Positions 13,151-26,500 of a stretch of 64,000 bases of DNA are shown in pieces. Below the pieces are notes generated by a model. The model was not told the origin of the DNA. It worked only from the letters and a program-made list of their open reading frames with translations, and did no database searches. Both the position numbers and the translations under genes were made by a program. This DNA comes from Anthoceros angustus (Eukaryota; Plantae; Anthocerotophyta). Each line of letters opens with the position of its first letter. Position 1 is the stretch's first letter. The DNA is taken from contig VJWM01000238.1 in NCBI GenBank assembly GCA_010909165.1, positions 1-64,000 on the forward strand, given 5' to 3'.

Positions 13151-14749
13151 AAGTGGCCCTCAAATAGCTAAAGGCCCATGTGTTATAGATCAGAAATCTT
13201 ATCCTCTCATAGTGGATGTAATTGATAGATAGGCCTCTAGGATTGGTAGGCTAAGACCGATTGGTATTTTTGGCAAGCGCCCAAGCCGCGGTCGATCTTG
13301 GGTATAAGAGGCACCCTCTGATGAAATGTAAGCAATGTTGGCCTAAGTCTTGGTGTTTCGAGCACGGGTTTGGGGGTTCCAGATCCAAGGTCAGTAAGTC
13401 TAGACACTGCTTTGTCCGAGAAGCAAGAAGACCACTGCTTGCCAGATCTGGCCGATCCGCAAGGGTGGTGGAAAGCAAGGAGGGAGCCTTGAGGTCTCCT
13501 TGGAGGGAGTCCTCAAGGTCAAGAGGAAGGGGTGAAGCCGGGAGGCCGGCCCCCTCTTACTCATTCTCTCAGCTTGTCTAGTACTCACCTTGTGTTTAAG
13601 TTTTCGTGTGGAGTGTGTAGAAGAGAGGACAAGAAGACAGGGAGGTGTGGGAGGAGAAGTCAAGGAGTTGAGTGGGCTTGTGTGTTTGGAAAATGAGAGG
13701 AAAAGTGAACCGTGAGAGAAGTGGAGAATGCCATGGAGAGTTGCTGATTGGCTGTTGAGAGGAGTAAGCTGGAGAAGTCAAAGTGATGTTGCTGAAGAAG
13801 AGAGTGTGAGTGGAGGTTGAAGATCCGTGAGTGGATGAGACGGAATGATTGGGAGGTAGAACAAGTATTTTGAGAGTTGGTGAAGGGCTGTAAGGTCTGG
13901 ATGAGAACCTTGTAAGGACTGGAGAGGAGCTGAGAGCTGGGGAAGTGCAGATTGAATGGGTCAGTGAGGTGTGAGAACAAGGGGAGTTGAAGAGAGCTGC
14001 TGGGGGAAACTTGGAGAGTGTGGGGAGGGCTGCGAGAGGCACCTCAAGGGACTGTGAGAGTCCGGAAAGGTCTGTCTGGAGCCTGGAAGGTGAGCTGAAA
14101 GGCTTGATGAGGGGCAAGGAAGTCTGAAGAAATGCTGCAAGAGTGAGAGGAAGGGAGAGGGGGAAAGAGTTATGGGAGCAGTAATCCTGATTGGTGGATC
14201 TAACTTTGTGGATGAGTAAGAGAGAGAGAGAGAGGGAGGGAGAGAGATCAGCTTTATCCACTTGGATCCCGACCTGGGACCCATTTCTATTAATAGCCGA
14301 CGATCCCAAGGTGGACCCCTCCGCTAAATAGAGGGCGTTGCTAAGTTAGCAACCGGGCCCGCTGCTGGTAGCATCTCGCGTGGCTAAGATAGCCATGTGT
14401 CCGAGTGTTGTTAGGTAGTAGCCCGTCTCAGAATCGCTAGATGTTTTGGTGTCTGTTTGGTTGGATTGGCTATGTTTTGGTTGTCTTGACACGAAATCAC
14501 TCCCTTGGGTACGAATCTCAAGTCTACAACGATAAAGAGGGTAAATGTGGCCTCTTTGTGACCACTTGGTTTAGAAAATCACTCCACACCAGGCGTGGAG
14601 CTTGGCCACTCCGCTCTCGACCATCCAGGGATCTTCCCGGCCTCCTTGTGACGAGAAGGCGGTGCATCGAACGAGTTTGATGCTTGATCGACGCTCAATC
14701 AACCTCGCATAGCTTCAACACACGGAAGTTCACACCGAATAGTCGTTAG

Positions 14750-17300
14750 GAGACTCTCAAGGTCTCTTATACATTCACCGTGGATTTCCAGCCACTCCTA
14801 CTGTCTAGAAAATATGGCCCACTACCACGAGCGCCTCCTACCAATTGTGAAACTACAGCCACGTCCTCAAAACATCCTATCCCTACCCCAAAAGAAGCCT
14901 CGCCTATGATGTCCCCTAAAATCAGCTGCGTCGCTAGCCGCGGCCTGGGGGTTCCCCGCCCGCCTCCCGCCACGCCCGATCCGAGCGATTCTCCCCAAAA
15001 CCTCCACCCACCGCCTCGCAGCTTCTTCGCCTTCCCATGGGCGTTGCGCTATAGGCCCTATGCTGCGATTCCGCCTCCTCATCGCCGGACAGCCACACCG
15101 TGTGCTCCTCCCTCCACGCCTCGCCTCCCGCCATTCTCGATCACCACTTGGGGTAGGCCCCGCCCTGCTCGAAGAACCATCGTAAACGCCTGCGGGCGGC
15201 CAAGATGTGCGCCCAATAGTTTCCGCCTCCCCGTCCCAACAACCACATACACATTTAGAGTGAGCACCCGCCACCATGCAGTGGCTGTGACATGAGCATC
15301 CTCATCCAGACGCCAGGCACAATACGCCTTCACCATGAGGTTCTTACCTCTCCTCCCGTGGACAATCCTCGAGCCGGGCCTCCGAATCCGTGGGATCGTA
15401 TCCCCACTGCAGCGCCTGCTTGTGACTTCCCCACCGGTTCCTCCTTCCGCGACGGTGGCGGTTAGCCACCGTGGTGGTAGTTTCCACCTGGTGGCTTGCC
15501 ATCGCGTTGCCGTGGCTCGCCTTCTTCTGCTTGGCCACCTCTCTTGACTCGGCCCTAGCTTCATCTCTCTCGCTTATATCTCCGCCACTTGAATTTCTCC
15601 AGAGGCGCCATTGTTTCCATTTGTTCTGGCTCGCGAGACCTCATCTTGAAGCTCCTCGATTGTGGCATGCGCCTTGACCTCGATTCACTAAGGCCTCCTT
15701 GGGTGGACATGGCCTTTAGCCGCCCTGTTTGCATAGGGCCGCCAGATTCTGCCTCAAGGCCCTCCGCCACCTTGTTCTCGCCTGTGCTCTCCAACTCTCC
15801 TTGAGCAACTTTTCCTGGCCCCGCACACTCGTGAGAGCCATGGGCTGGTCGAGGAGATCTCCGCCTCGAGCCATGGCAAGTCGGCCCGCAGATTCTGAAT
15901 TGCGCTTGCCCATTCCTTCCACAACAATTTCGACGCGAGCGTGTCACCTGCCTCCACTTCGGACGGGTCATGAATGTCGCCAAAATGTTCGAGTCTCATG
16001 ACTTGGCTATCGAACTAACCTCTTCTTCTAGGGGTTGGTTTGCCACAATCTTCCTCATCCGCCTCCAATCTCTCCTAGCGGCAGACCTCCCCGACCCGAG
16101 AGGGGCACAACTTGTCGCTTCCTTTATTTTCTCCTCCTTCACTCGCCTCGCCGATTTCGACCGTGACCCTAGGTGTGGTCAGGGTTCCTCTTCGCGGCCT
16201 TCCTTCACGACCCCTGCTCAGCCTCCGCTTCTTGCCCTTGAAACCTCCCCACCTTCGTCCGAATCTTCTAGGAGGCGATTCCCAACCGCTGGAATCCTTC
16301 CCTAATCTTCCTTACACTCCTCCTCTACCTTGAGTTCCCGACCGGCTTCAGCTATGAAGGGCGTACCCAACTGCTAGACACCCTAATGCGCGAACACATG
16401 AATTAGAAAAGGTGAAATCAAGGAGGGTCGAGGAAGGAGAGCAAATTCGCCTCTCCTCATGTGCTTTTCAAAGATCATCCGCCTCAATCGATTTGAGTAC
16501 CTTTAACCACCTCATGAAGAAAGACCAGAAGTGGTCCGCCATATGATCCAACTTCCGATTCTCCAGAAACACAAAATCCACTTGGCTAATCCCACCACCA
16601 ACAGATACACGAGTTGGCGAGTCACCCATCCATTGTTCACTCACTCTCCAGTTTCATGAGCGCACTACCGCAGCCTCGTGGTCTTCTCTGGGGTCAATTA
16701 CCAAGCTTCCATCCTCGATGCTTCGCCATACATCGCCGAAAGAGTCCCAAATCCCGGCCTCTTCCTCGCCTCCTCTTGCAACTTGGTTCTCAATTGCCGG
16801 GCGACTCTTGCACCAATGTCATGTCAGAACACCATTTCATCTCCATAAATTCCAGACCAGCCTCCCCGCACCAGTCGCCCGCCTCACCTTCCAAAGGGTC
16901 CATGTTGGGCCACCGATGGTGGAATTTCTACCGGGCGCCATCTCCTTTCTCCTTGTTTCGTGAAAAGAACCCAACCCCGCAAACGCTGGTCGAAAAGGGA
17001 CACCACCTCGCCTCCTCCACTGCGCTACCGGGCGCCTTGCCTGGCTCTTCCTCCTTCGCTACGCCGCCACTTCTTTTTCCTCCGCTGCCTCGACCGACGC
17101 TGTCCAACCCGCAAAAACAACAGAGGCTCCGCCAGCGCTTGCGCGCGCTGCTTCGCAGCCCGCCCGACGCCCGGCCTGACTCGTGACCAGGGTGCCGGGT
17201 GTGTCCGCCTCTCGCTGCGCCCGACTGCGCCTCCGCCACTAGGGTTGTAACTCCCGGTCTCAGACGCCCCTGCTTCGCCACCGTGGTGGAACTGCTACCT
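14750..17300 (-). pseudogene. Retrotransposon accessory ORF A, paralog of ORF B, sense to pol
   Basis: HRWPNM, FMEMKWC, VFLHEVVKGTQID, SPFLIHVFAH and NVYVVV occur in the same order as in ORF B. Confidence 0.55.
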
Positions 17301-17319
17301 CCGCTGATCAGCAAGGTGG

Positions 17320-17581
17320 TGTAGGCACCCCTAACATATATAGACACTTTCTTATTTCTAAAATCACCAAAACCCAAGGACTCTATCTCCGACCTACCTA
17401 TCCGGGTCGAAAACCTAAGGTTCAAAAAAAAAATTATTATCCCAAGGGCCAAGGACCATTCTCGTATAAAAGACCTTACCAGCGATTCTCAAGCACTCTG
17501 CTATACAAACACTCTTAAAACAAAAAAAATCGTGCATCCCGACACTTCAGAGAGGGGCTAGTGTATATGTGGTCTTCCACA
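17320..17581 (-). repeat. LTR copy (putative 5' LTR)
   Basis: Direct repeat of 3203-3460 with TG...CA ends and only small indels. Confidence 0.85.
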
Positions 17582-20500
17582 TCTACGGACATCAAGCTAC
17601 CACATTGTCCAAAGCGTGAGCTTCATTGACTTGTTCATGCCTTCTTTGTTAGCACAAGGAGCCTCGGGGAGCTTAGTATTGTATGCTGTGTCACCAAGCT
17701 AGGCCGATGTGAGGCAAGTATGACCAACATTGCTAGTCCACTCTTGTCTCTTCGCTTGAACTACGGACAATGTGTTGCATATAATATACAACCAAACTTG
17801 ACTCACGCTGGCGCCCACTATTGCAAACTTCGCAGCTGGTAGCAAGTTTTGGTGTGTTGAATCACCGAGGAGCCGAATTTGACCCGCCACTACGAGGCAT
17901 TTTCACGCTTGCATTCATGATTCTTAAAGCTTAACATTTGACTTAAAAGTCCAAGGAATTAACATTGGAGAAAAGTCATTTCAAAGTCCAAGGAATTCTT
18001 ACTTAACCTTAACATTGGAGAAAAGTCATTTCAAAGTCCAAGGAATTGGAAACCTTAACATTGGAGAAAAGTTATTTCAAAGTCCAAGGAATCCTACACC
18101 TTATAAGTGTCTTTGAAGGAATGCTATGGTATTAACATCTCATACATCTTCTTAAAAGCGAAAACACAACAAAGCCTTTTCAACAACTTTGTCTTGAAGC
18201 GAAGATCTCAATGGGCTCAATTTGGAGCAAAGCTAGGATTTATCAAAGTGCGGCTATAGAAATAAGACTTATTTATATGTTTGTTGTGGATGATCGTCTT
18301 GCATCATAGGCGCATGCATATGGAGATGGAATTGTAAGCAAGAATCGTCGGACGAATGCAAGCACATAAAGGAGGAGTAAACTAGCAATTTTGGAGGTGT
18401 TCTAAAATTTTGGAAACAACCTTAAAACTGAATTTAGTTCTAGACAAACCCAATTGATAGAATTGTAGAGCATAAATCTTGTTAGAGATGTAACTCCCCA
18501 TTTAAATCATATGAATAAATTGGACGTGGAAGTATTCTTGAGTGGGTACTTGCCTAAACGCAAGATGATCCATTGAGTAGGGATCACTAAACAAGACATA
18601 CGCTACGTGCCAAGCGTTGAGAGACGCCTCCGTGGTGGTCGCGCTAACTCGAGAGTTGCAAAGCTCGGGGCCAAGTCTCTATGCGAGTAGCAAAAGAGGC
18701 CGCAACTGTGGTTTCCTTGAGGCGTAGCCTTGGATGGACTGGGTGGTCCCCATCAAAGCGCGCTTGATCCGGCCGCATGTAGCCATAGGCGTGTGGATAG
18801 AGTCGTGCACGCCCTATAGCGGTCTATGGGAAAAGCTTGCTTGAACGATCTTGGCCAAACGAGTTTGTACAAGGTGTCTGTCGTTCGGTGCCCTAGCGGT
18901 CCATGGGGCAAGCTTGCTTGAAAATATCTTGGCCAAACGAGTCATGTCATTTAAAAAAAAAAAAAAGGATTCCATTGAATAAGCACTCACTCTCATAAAG
19001 GAGAAGTTTGCCATGTTGCCATTGTCCCGAGGTCCCATAGTTTACATCGATTTAACGTTGTACTCAGATTAGACCTCTTTCCAAAGTCCGCTTTATGTCC
19101 ATTTACCTAAAGTTATGAACTATATCTTTCTTCTCCAAGTGGGGATGAGATATTTGCATGTAACATAAAAGAGCCTTAGTTTAAGGTTGGAAGGATATAT
19201 AATGGACGTTGGAAAAGGGCAAAGCATGCAATGGTGGGGTGGTCAGGCCGCACATGGTGGTCAGGTTACCTCACCCACGGTGGTGTGCTATTTGATCTCA
19301 CCATGTTCCGACAAGCTTAAACCCCGACAGTCCTCAAATGAGCAGGCCGCTATTGAGTAATCGAACTAGAGAGGTGCTTATAGGTTGGCTTAGGAGGAGC
19401 TCATAAAAATAACAAATATGTGCTGCCTTGTATTGTCTTGCATACAAATATGATATGCAATATGGTCCTACCCATTGCTTTATGTTGAGGTAAAGCTACA
19501 AGATTGTATAGAAGGTGAAGTCAGACGCTCACGGACATCAAGCTACCACATTGTCCAAAGCGTGAGCTTCATTGACTTGTTCATGCCTTCTTTGTTAGCA
19601 CAAGGAGCCTCGGGAGCTTAGTATTGTATGCACAGTCGGTCAAGCTAGGCGATGTGAGGCAAGTATGACCAACATTGCTAGTCCACTCTTGTCTCTTCTC
19701 GCTTGAACTACGGACAATGTGTTGCATAATTCCAATATACAACCAAACTTGACCTGGCGCCCACTATTGCAAACTTCGCAGCCGTAGCAAGTTTTGGTGT
19801 GTTGAATCACCGAGGAGCCGAATTTGACCCCGCCACACGAGGCATTTTCACGCTTGCATTCATGATTCTTAAAGCTTAACATTTGAGAAAAGGCGTCACT
19901 CCAAAGTCCAAGGAATTCTTACTTAACCTTAACATTGGAGAAAAGTCATTTCAAAGTCCAAGGAATTCTTACTTAACCTTAACATTGGAGAAAAGTCATT
20001 TCAAAGTCCAAGGAATTGGAAACCTTAACATTGAGAAAAGTTATTTCAAAGTCCAAGGAATCCTACACCTTATAAGTGTCTTTGAAGGAATGCTATGGTA
20101 TTAACATCTCATACATCTTCTTAAAACGAAAAACACAAAGCCTTTTCAACAACTTTGTCTTGAAGCGAAGATCTCAATGGGCTCAATTTGGAGCAAAGCT
20201 AGGATTTATCAAAGTGCGGCTATAGAAATAAGACTTATTTATATGTTTGTCATGTGGATGATCGTCTTGCGCATCATAGGCGCATGCATATGGAGATGGA
20301 ATTGTAAGCAAGAATCGCTTGACGAATGCAAGCACATAAAGGAGGAGTAAACTAGCAATTTTGGAGGTGTTCTAAAATTTTGGAAACAACCTTAAAACTG
20401 AATTTAGTTCTAGACAAACCCAATTGATAGAATTGTAGAGCATAAATCTTGTTAGAGATGTAACTCCCCATTTAAATCATATGAATAAATTGGACGTGGA

Positions 20501-23500
20501 AGTATTCTTGAGTGGGTACTTGCCTAAACGCAAGATGATCCATTGAGTAGGGATCACTAAACAAGACATACGCTACGCGCTGCCGTTGAGAGACGCCTCC
20601 GTGGTGGTCGCGCTAACTCGAGAGTTGCAAAGCTCTCGGGCCAAGTCTCTATGCGAGTAGCAAAAGAGGCGCAACTGTGGTTTTGAGGCGTAGCCTTGGA
20701 TGGACTCGGGGTGGTCCCCATCAAAGCGCGCTTGATCCGGCCGCATGTAGCCATAGGCGTGTGGATAGAGTCGTGTGCACGCCTATAGCGGTCTATGGGA
20801 AAAGCTTGCTTGAAACGATCTTGGCCAAACGAGTTTGTACAAGGTGTACGGTCGCTTGTGCCCTAGCGGTCCATGGGGCAAGCTTGCTTGAAAATATCTT
20901 GGCCAAACGAGTCATGTCATTTAAAAAAAAAAAAAGGATTCCATTGAATAAGCACTCACTCTCATAAAGGAGAAGTTTGCAAGTTGCCATTGTCCCGAGG
21001 TCCCATAGTTTACATCGATTTAACGTTGTACTCAGATTAGACCTCTTTCCAAAGTCCGCTTTATGTCCATTTACCTAAAGTTATGAACTATATCTTTCTT
21101 CTCCAAGTGGGATGAGATATTTGCATGTAACATAAAAGAGCCTTAGTTTAAGGTTGGAAGGATATATAATGGACGTTGGAAAAGGGCAAAGCATGCAATG
21201 GTGGGGTCTGGGGTCACATGGTGGTGGGTTACCTCACCCACGGGTGGTGTGCTATTTGATCTCACCATGTTCACGACAAGCTTAAACCCCGAGCGAGTCC
21301 TCAAATGAGCAGCCAGGCTATTGAGTAATCGAACTAGAGAGGTGCTTATAGGTTGGCTTAGGAGGAGCTCATAAAAATAACAAATATGTGCTGCTGCCCT
21401 TGTATTGTCTTGCATACAAATATGATATGCAATATGGTCCTACCCATTGCTTTATGTTGAGGTAAAGCTACAAGATTGTATAGAAGGTGAAGTCAGACGC
21501 CTACTGGACATCAAGCTACCACATTGTCCAAAGCGTGAGCTTCATTGACTTGTTCATGCCTTCTTTGTTAGCACAAGGAGCCTCGGGAGCTTAGTATTGT
21601 ATGCGTCAGCCGAAGCTAGGCGATGTGAGGCAAGTATGACCAACATTGCTAGTCCACTCTTGTCTTCTCGCTTGAACTACGGACAATGTGTTGCATAATT
21701 CCAATATACAACCAAACTTGACTCACATGGCGCCCACTATTGCAACTTCGCAGCTTTGGTAGCAAGTTTTGGTGTGTTGAATCACCGAGGAGCCGACTTG
21801 ACCTCGCCACTACGAGGCATTTTCACGCTTGCATTCATGATTCTTAAAGCTTAACATTTGAGAAAAGGCGCCACTCCAAAGTCCAAGGAATTCTTACTTA
21901 ACCTTAACATTGGAGAAAAGTCATTTCAAAGTCCAAGGAATTCTTACTTAACCTTAACATTGGAGAAAAGTCATTTCAAAGTCCAAGGAATTGGAAACCT
22001 TAACATTGGAGAAAAGTTATTTCAAAGTCCAAGGAATCCTACACCTTATAAGTGTCTTTGAAGGAATGCTATGGTATTAACATCTCATACATCTTCTTAA
22101 AACGAAAACACAACCAAAGCCTTTTCAACAACTTTGTCTTGAAGCGAAGATCTCAATGGGCTCAATTTGGAGCAAAGCTAGGATTTATCAAAGTGCGGCT
22201 ATAGAAATAAGACTTATTTATATGTTTGTCATGTGGATGATCGTCTTGCGCATCATAGGCGCATGCATATGGAGATGGAATTGTAAGCAAGAATCGTCGA
22301 CGAATGCAAGCACATAAAGGAGGAGTAAACTAGCAATTTTGGAGGTGTTCTAAAATTTTGGAAACAACCTTAAAACTGAATTTAGTTCTAGACAAACCCA
22401 ATTGATAGAATTGTAGAGCATAAATCTTGTTAGAGATGTAACTCCCCATTTAAATCATATGAATAAATTGGACGTGGAAGTATTCTTGAGTGGGTACTTG
22501 CCTAAACGCAAGATGATCCATTGAGTAGGGATCACTAAACAAGACATACGCTACGTGCCAAGCGTTGAGAGACGCCTCCGTGGTGGTCGCGCTAACTCGA
22601 GAGTTGCAAAGCTCTCGGGCCAAGTCTCTATGCGAGTAGCAAAAGAGGCTGCAACTGTGGTTTCCTTGAGGCGTAGCCTTGGATGGACTCGGGTGGTCCC
22701 CATCAAAGCGCGCTTGATCCGGCCGCATGTAGCCATAGGTGTGGATAGAGTCGTGCACGCCTATAGCGGTCTATGGGAAAAGCTTGCTTGAAACGATCTT
22801 GGCCAAACGAGTTTGTACAAGGTGTACTGGTCGTTGCAGCCCTAGCGGTCCATGGGGCAAGCTTGCTTGAAAATATCTTGGCCAAACGAGTCATGTCATT
22901 TAAAAAAAAAAAAAGGATTCCATTGAATAAGCACTCACTCTCATAAAGGAGAAGTTTGCAAGTTGTTGCCATTGTCCCGAGGTCCCATAGTTTACATCGA
23001 TTTAACGTTGTACTCAGATTAGACCTCTTTCCAAAGTTTGCTTTATGTCCATTTACCTAAAGTTATGAACTATATCTTTCTTCTCCAAGTGGGGATGAGA
23101 TATTTGCATGTAACATAAAAGAGCCTTAGTTTAAGGTTGGAAGGATATATAATGGACGTTGGAAAAGGGCAAAGCATGCAATGGTGGGGTGGTCATGGTC
23201 CAACATGGTGGTCAGGGTTACCTCACCCACGGTGGTGTGCTATTTGATCTCACCATGTTCGACAAGCTTAAACCCCGAGCGAGTCCTCAAATGAGCAGGC
23301 CAGCTATTGAGTAATCGAACTAGAGAGGTGCTTATAGGTTGGCTTAGGAGGAGCTCATAAAAATAACAAATATGTGCTGCTGCCCTTGTATTGTCTTGCA
23401 TACAAATATGATATGCAATATGGTCCTACCCATTGCTTTATGTTGAGGTAAAGCTACAAGATTGTATAGAAGGTGAAGTCAGACGTCTCGGACATCAAGC

Positions 23501-26500
23501 TACCACATTGTCCAAAGCGTGAGCTTCATTGACTTGTTCATGCCTTCTTTGTTAGCACAAGGAGCCTCGGGAGCTTAGTATTGTATGCACAGTCGGTCAA
23601 GCTAGTGATGTGAGGCAAGTATGACCAACATTGCTAGTCCACTCTTGTCTCTTCCGCTTGAACTACGGACAATGTGTTGCATAATTCCAATATACAACCA
23701 AACTTGACTCACGGCGCCCACTATTGCAAACTTCGCAGCTGGTAGCAAGTTTTGGTGTGTTGAATCACCGAGGAGCCGAATTTGACCGCCACTACGAGGC
23801 ATTTTCACGCATTCATGATTCTTAAAGCTTAACATTTGAGAAAAGGCGCCACTCCAAAGTCCAAGGAATTCTTACTTAACCTTAACATTGGAGAAAAGTC
23901 ATTTCAAAGTCCAAGGAATTCTTACTTAACCTTAACATTGGAGAAAAGTCATTTCAAAGTCCAAGGAATTGGAAACCTTAACATTGGAGAAAAGTTATTT
24001 CAAAGTCCAAGGAATCCTACACCTTATAAGTGTCTTTGAAGGAATGCTATGGTATTAACATCTCATACATCTTCTTAAAACGAAAACACAACAAAGCCTT
24101 TTCAACAACTTTGTCTTGAAGCGAAGATCTCAATGGGCTCAATTTGGAGCAAAGCTAGGATTTATCAAAGTGCGGCTATAGAAATAAGACTTATTTATAT
24201 GTTTGTCATGTGGATGATCGTCTTGCGCATCATAGGCGCATGCATATGGAGATGGAATTGTAAGCAAGAATCGTCGGACAAATGCAAGCACATAAAGGAG
24301 GAGTAAACTAGCAATTTTGGAGGTGTTCTAAAATTTTGGAAACAACCTTAAAACTGAATTTAGTTCTAGACAAACCCAATTGATAGAATTGTAGAGCATA
24401 AATCTTGTTAGAGATGTAACTCCCAATTTAAATCATGAATAAATTGGACGTGGAAGTATTCTTGAGTGGGTACTTGCCTAAACGCAAGATGATCCATTGA
24501 GTAGGGATCACTAAACAAGACATACGCCAAGCGTTGAGAGACGCCTCCGTGGTGGTCGCGCTTAACTCGAGAGTTGCAAAGCTCGGGCCAAGTCTCTATG
24601 CGAGTAGCAAAAGAGGCGCAACTGTGGTTTCCTTGAGGCGTAGCCTTGGATGGACTCGGGGTGGTCCCCATCAAAGCGCGCTTGATCCGGCCGCATGTAG
24701 CCATAGGTGTGGATAGAGTCGTGTGCACGCCTATAGCGGTCTATGGGAAAAGCTTGCTTGAAACGATCTTGGCCAAACGAGTTTGTACAAGGTGTACTTG
24801 TTGCTGCAGTTCTAGCGGTCCATGGGGCAAGCTTGCTTGAAAATATCTTGGCCAAACGAGTCATGTCATTTAAAAAAAAAAAAAAGGATTCCATTGAATA
24901 AGCACTCACTCTCATAAAGGAGAAGTTTGCAAGTTGCCATTGTCCCGAGGTCCCATAGTTTACATCGATTTAACGTTGTACTCAGATTAGACCTCTTTCC
25001 AAAGTCCGCTTTATGTCCATTTACCTAAAGTTATGAACTATATCTTTCTTCTCCAAGTGGGGATGAGATATTTGCATGTAACATAAAAGAGCCTTAGTTT
25101 AAGGTTGGAAGGATATATAATGGACGTTGGAAAAGGGCAAAGCATGCAATGGTGGGTGGTCAAGTGGGTCGCACATGGTGGTCAGGGTTACCTCACCCAC
25201 GGGTGGTGTGCTATTTGATCTCACCATGTTCCGACAAGCTTAAACCCCGAGCGAGTCCTCAAATGAGCAGGCTATTGAGTAATCGAACTAGAGAGGTGCT
25301 TATAGGTTGGCTTAGGAGGAGCTCATAAAAATAACAAATATGTGCTGCCCTTGTATTGTCTTGCATACAAATATGATATGCAATATGGTCCTACCCATTG
25401 CTTTATGTTGAGGTAAAGCTACAAGATTGTATAGAAGGTGAAGTCAGACGCTCACGGACATCAAGCTACCACATTGTCCAAAGCGTGAGCTTCATTGACT
25501 TGTTCATGCCTTCTTTGTTAGCACAAGGAGCCTCGGGAGCTTAGTATTGTATGCACAGGTCAGTCAAGCTAGGCTGATGTGAGGCAAGTATGACCAACAT
25601 TGCTAGTCCACTCTTGTCTCTTCTGCTTGAACTACGGACAATGTGTTGCATAATTCCAATATACAACCAAACTTGACTCACAGTGGCGCCCACTATTGCA
25701 AACTTCGCAGTTGCTGGTAGCAAGTTTTGGTGTGTTGAATCAGCCGAGGAGCCGAATTTGACCCTGCCACTACGAGGCATTTTCACGCTTGCATTCATGA
25801 TTCTTAAAGCTTAACATTTGAGAAAAGGCGTCACTCCAAAGTCCAAGGAATTCTTACTTAACCTTAACATTGGAGAAAAGTCATTTCAAAGTCCAAGGAA
25901 TTCTTACTTAACCTTAACATTGGAGAAAAGTCATTTCAAAGTCCAAGGAATTGGAAACCTTAACATTGGAGAAAAGTTATTTCAAAGTCCAAGGAATCCT
26001 ACACCTTATAAGTGTCTTTGAAGGAATGCTATGGTATTAACATCTCATACATCTTCTTAAAAACGAAAAACACAGTCAAAGCCTTTTCAACAACTTTGTC
26101 TTGAAGCGAAGATCTCAATGGGCTCAATTTGGAGCAAAGCTAGGATTTATCAAAGTGCGGCTATAGAAATAAGACTTATTTATATGTTTGTCATGTGGAT
26201 GATCGTCTTGCGCATCATAGGCGCATGCATATGGAGATGGAATTGTAAGCAAGAATCGTCGGACGAATGCAAGCACATAAAGGAGGAGTAAACTAGCAAT
26301 TTTGGAGGTGTTCTAAAATTTTGAAACAACCTTAAAACTGAATTTAGTTCTAGACAAACCCAATTGATAGAATTGTAGAGCATAAATCTTGTTAGAGATG
26401 TAACTCCCCATTTAAATCATATGAATAAATTGGACGTGGAAGTATTCTTGAGTGGGTACTTGCCTAAACGCAAGATGATCCATTGAGTAGGGATCACTAA

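Larger units (their letters stand above)
3203..17581 (-). mobile_element. Ty3/Gypsy non-chromovirus (Athila/Tat-like) LTR retrotransposon locus, 14.4 kb between matching LTRs; may be composite
   Basis: The LTR pair encloses gag-PR-RT-RH-INT plus two accessory ORFs. No TSD or PBS found, so a single-element reading is not certain. Confidence 0.55.

Noticed and set aside
13596-14309. 237-aa Ser/Leu/Pro-rich ORF
   Set aside because: Product of a GA-rich low-complexity strand bias, with no protein-like features.
19900-20065. aaagtccaaggaat recurring every 46-50 bp, resembling a CRISPR repeat-spacer array
   Set aside because: The intervening sequences are near-identical rather than unique, there are no cas genes, and the context is eukaryotic. 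It is an ordinary subrepeat of the 1.97-kb unit.
20235-20270. YVCHVDD in the array unit as a Copia RT YVDD motif
   Set aside because: No flanking RT motifs, and stops lie nearby in that frame.
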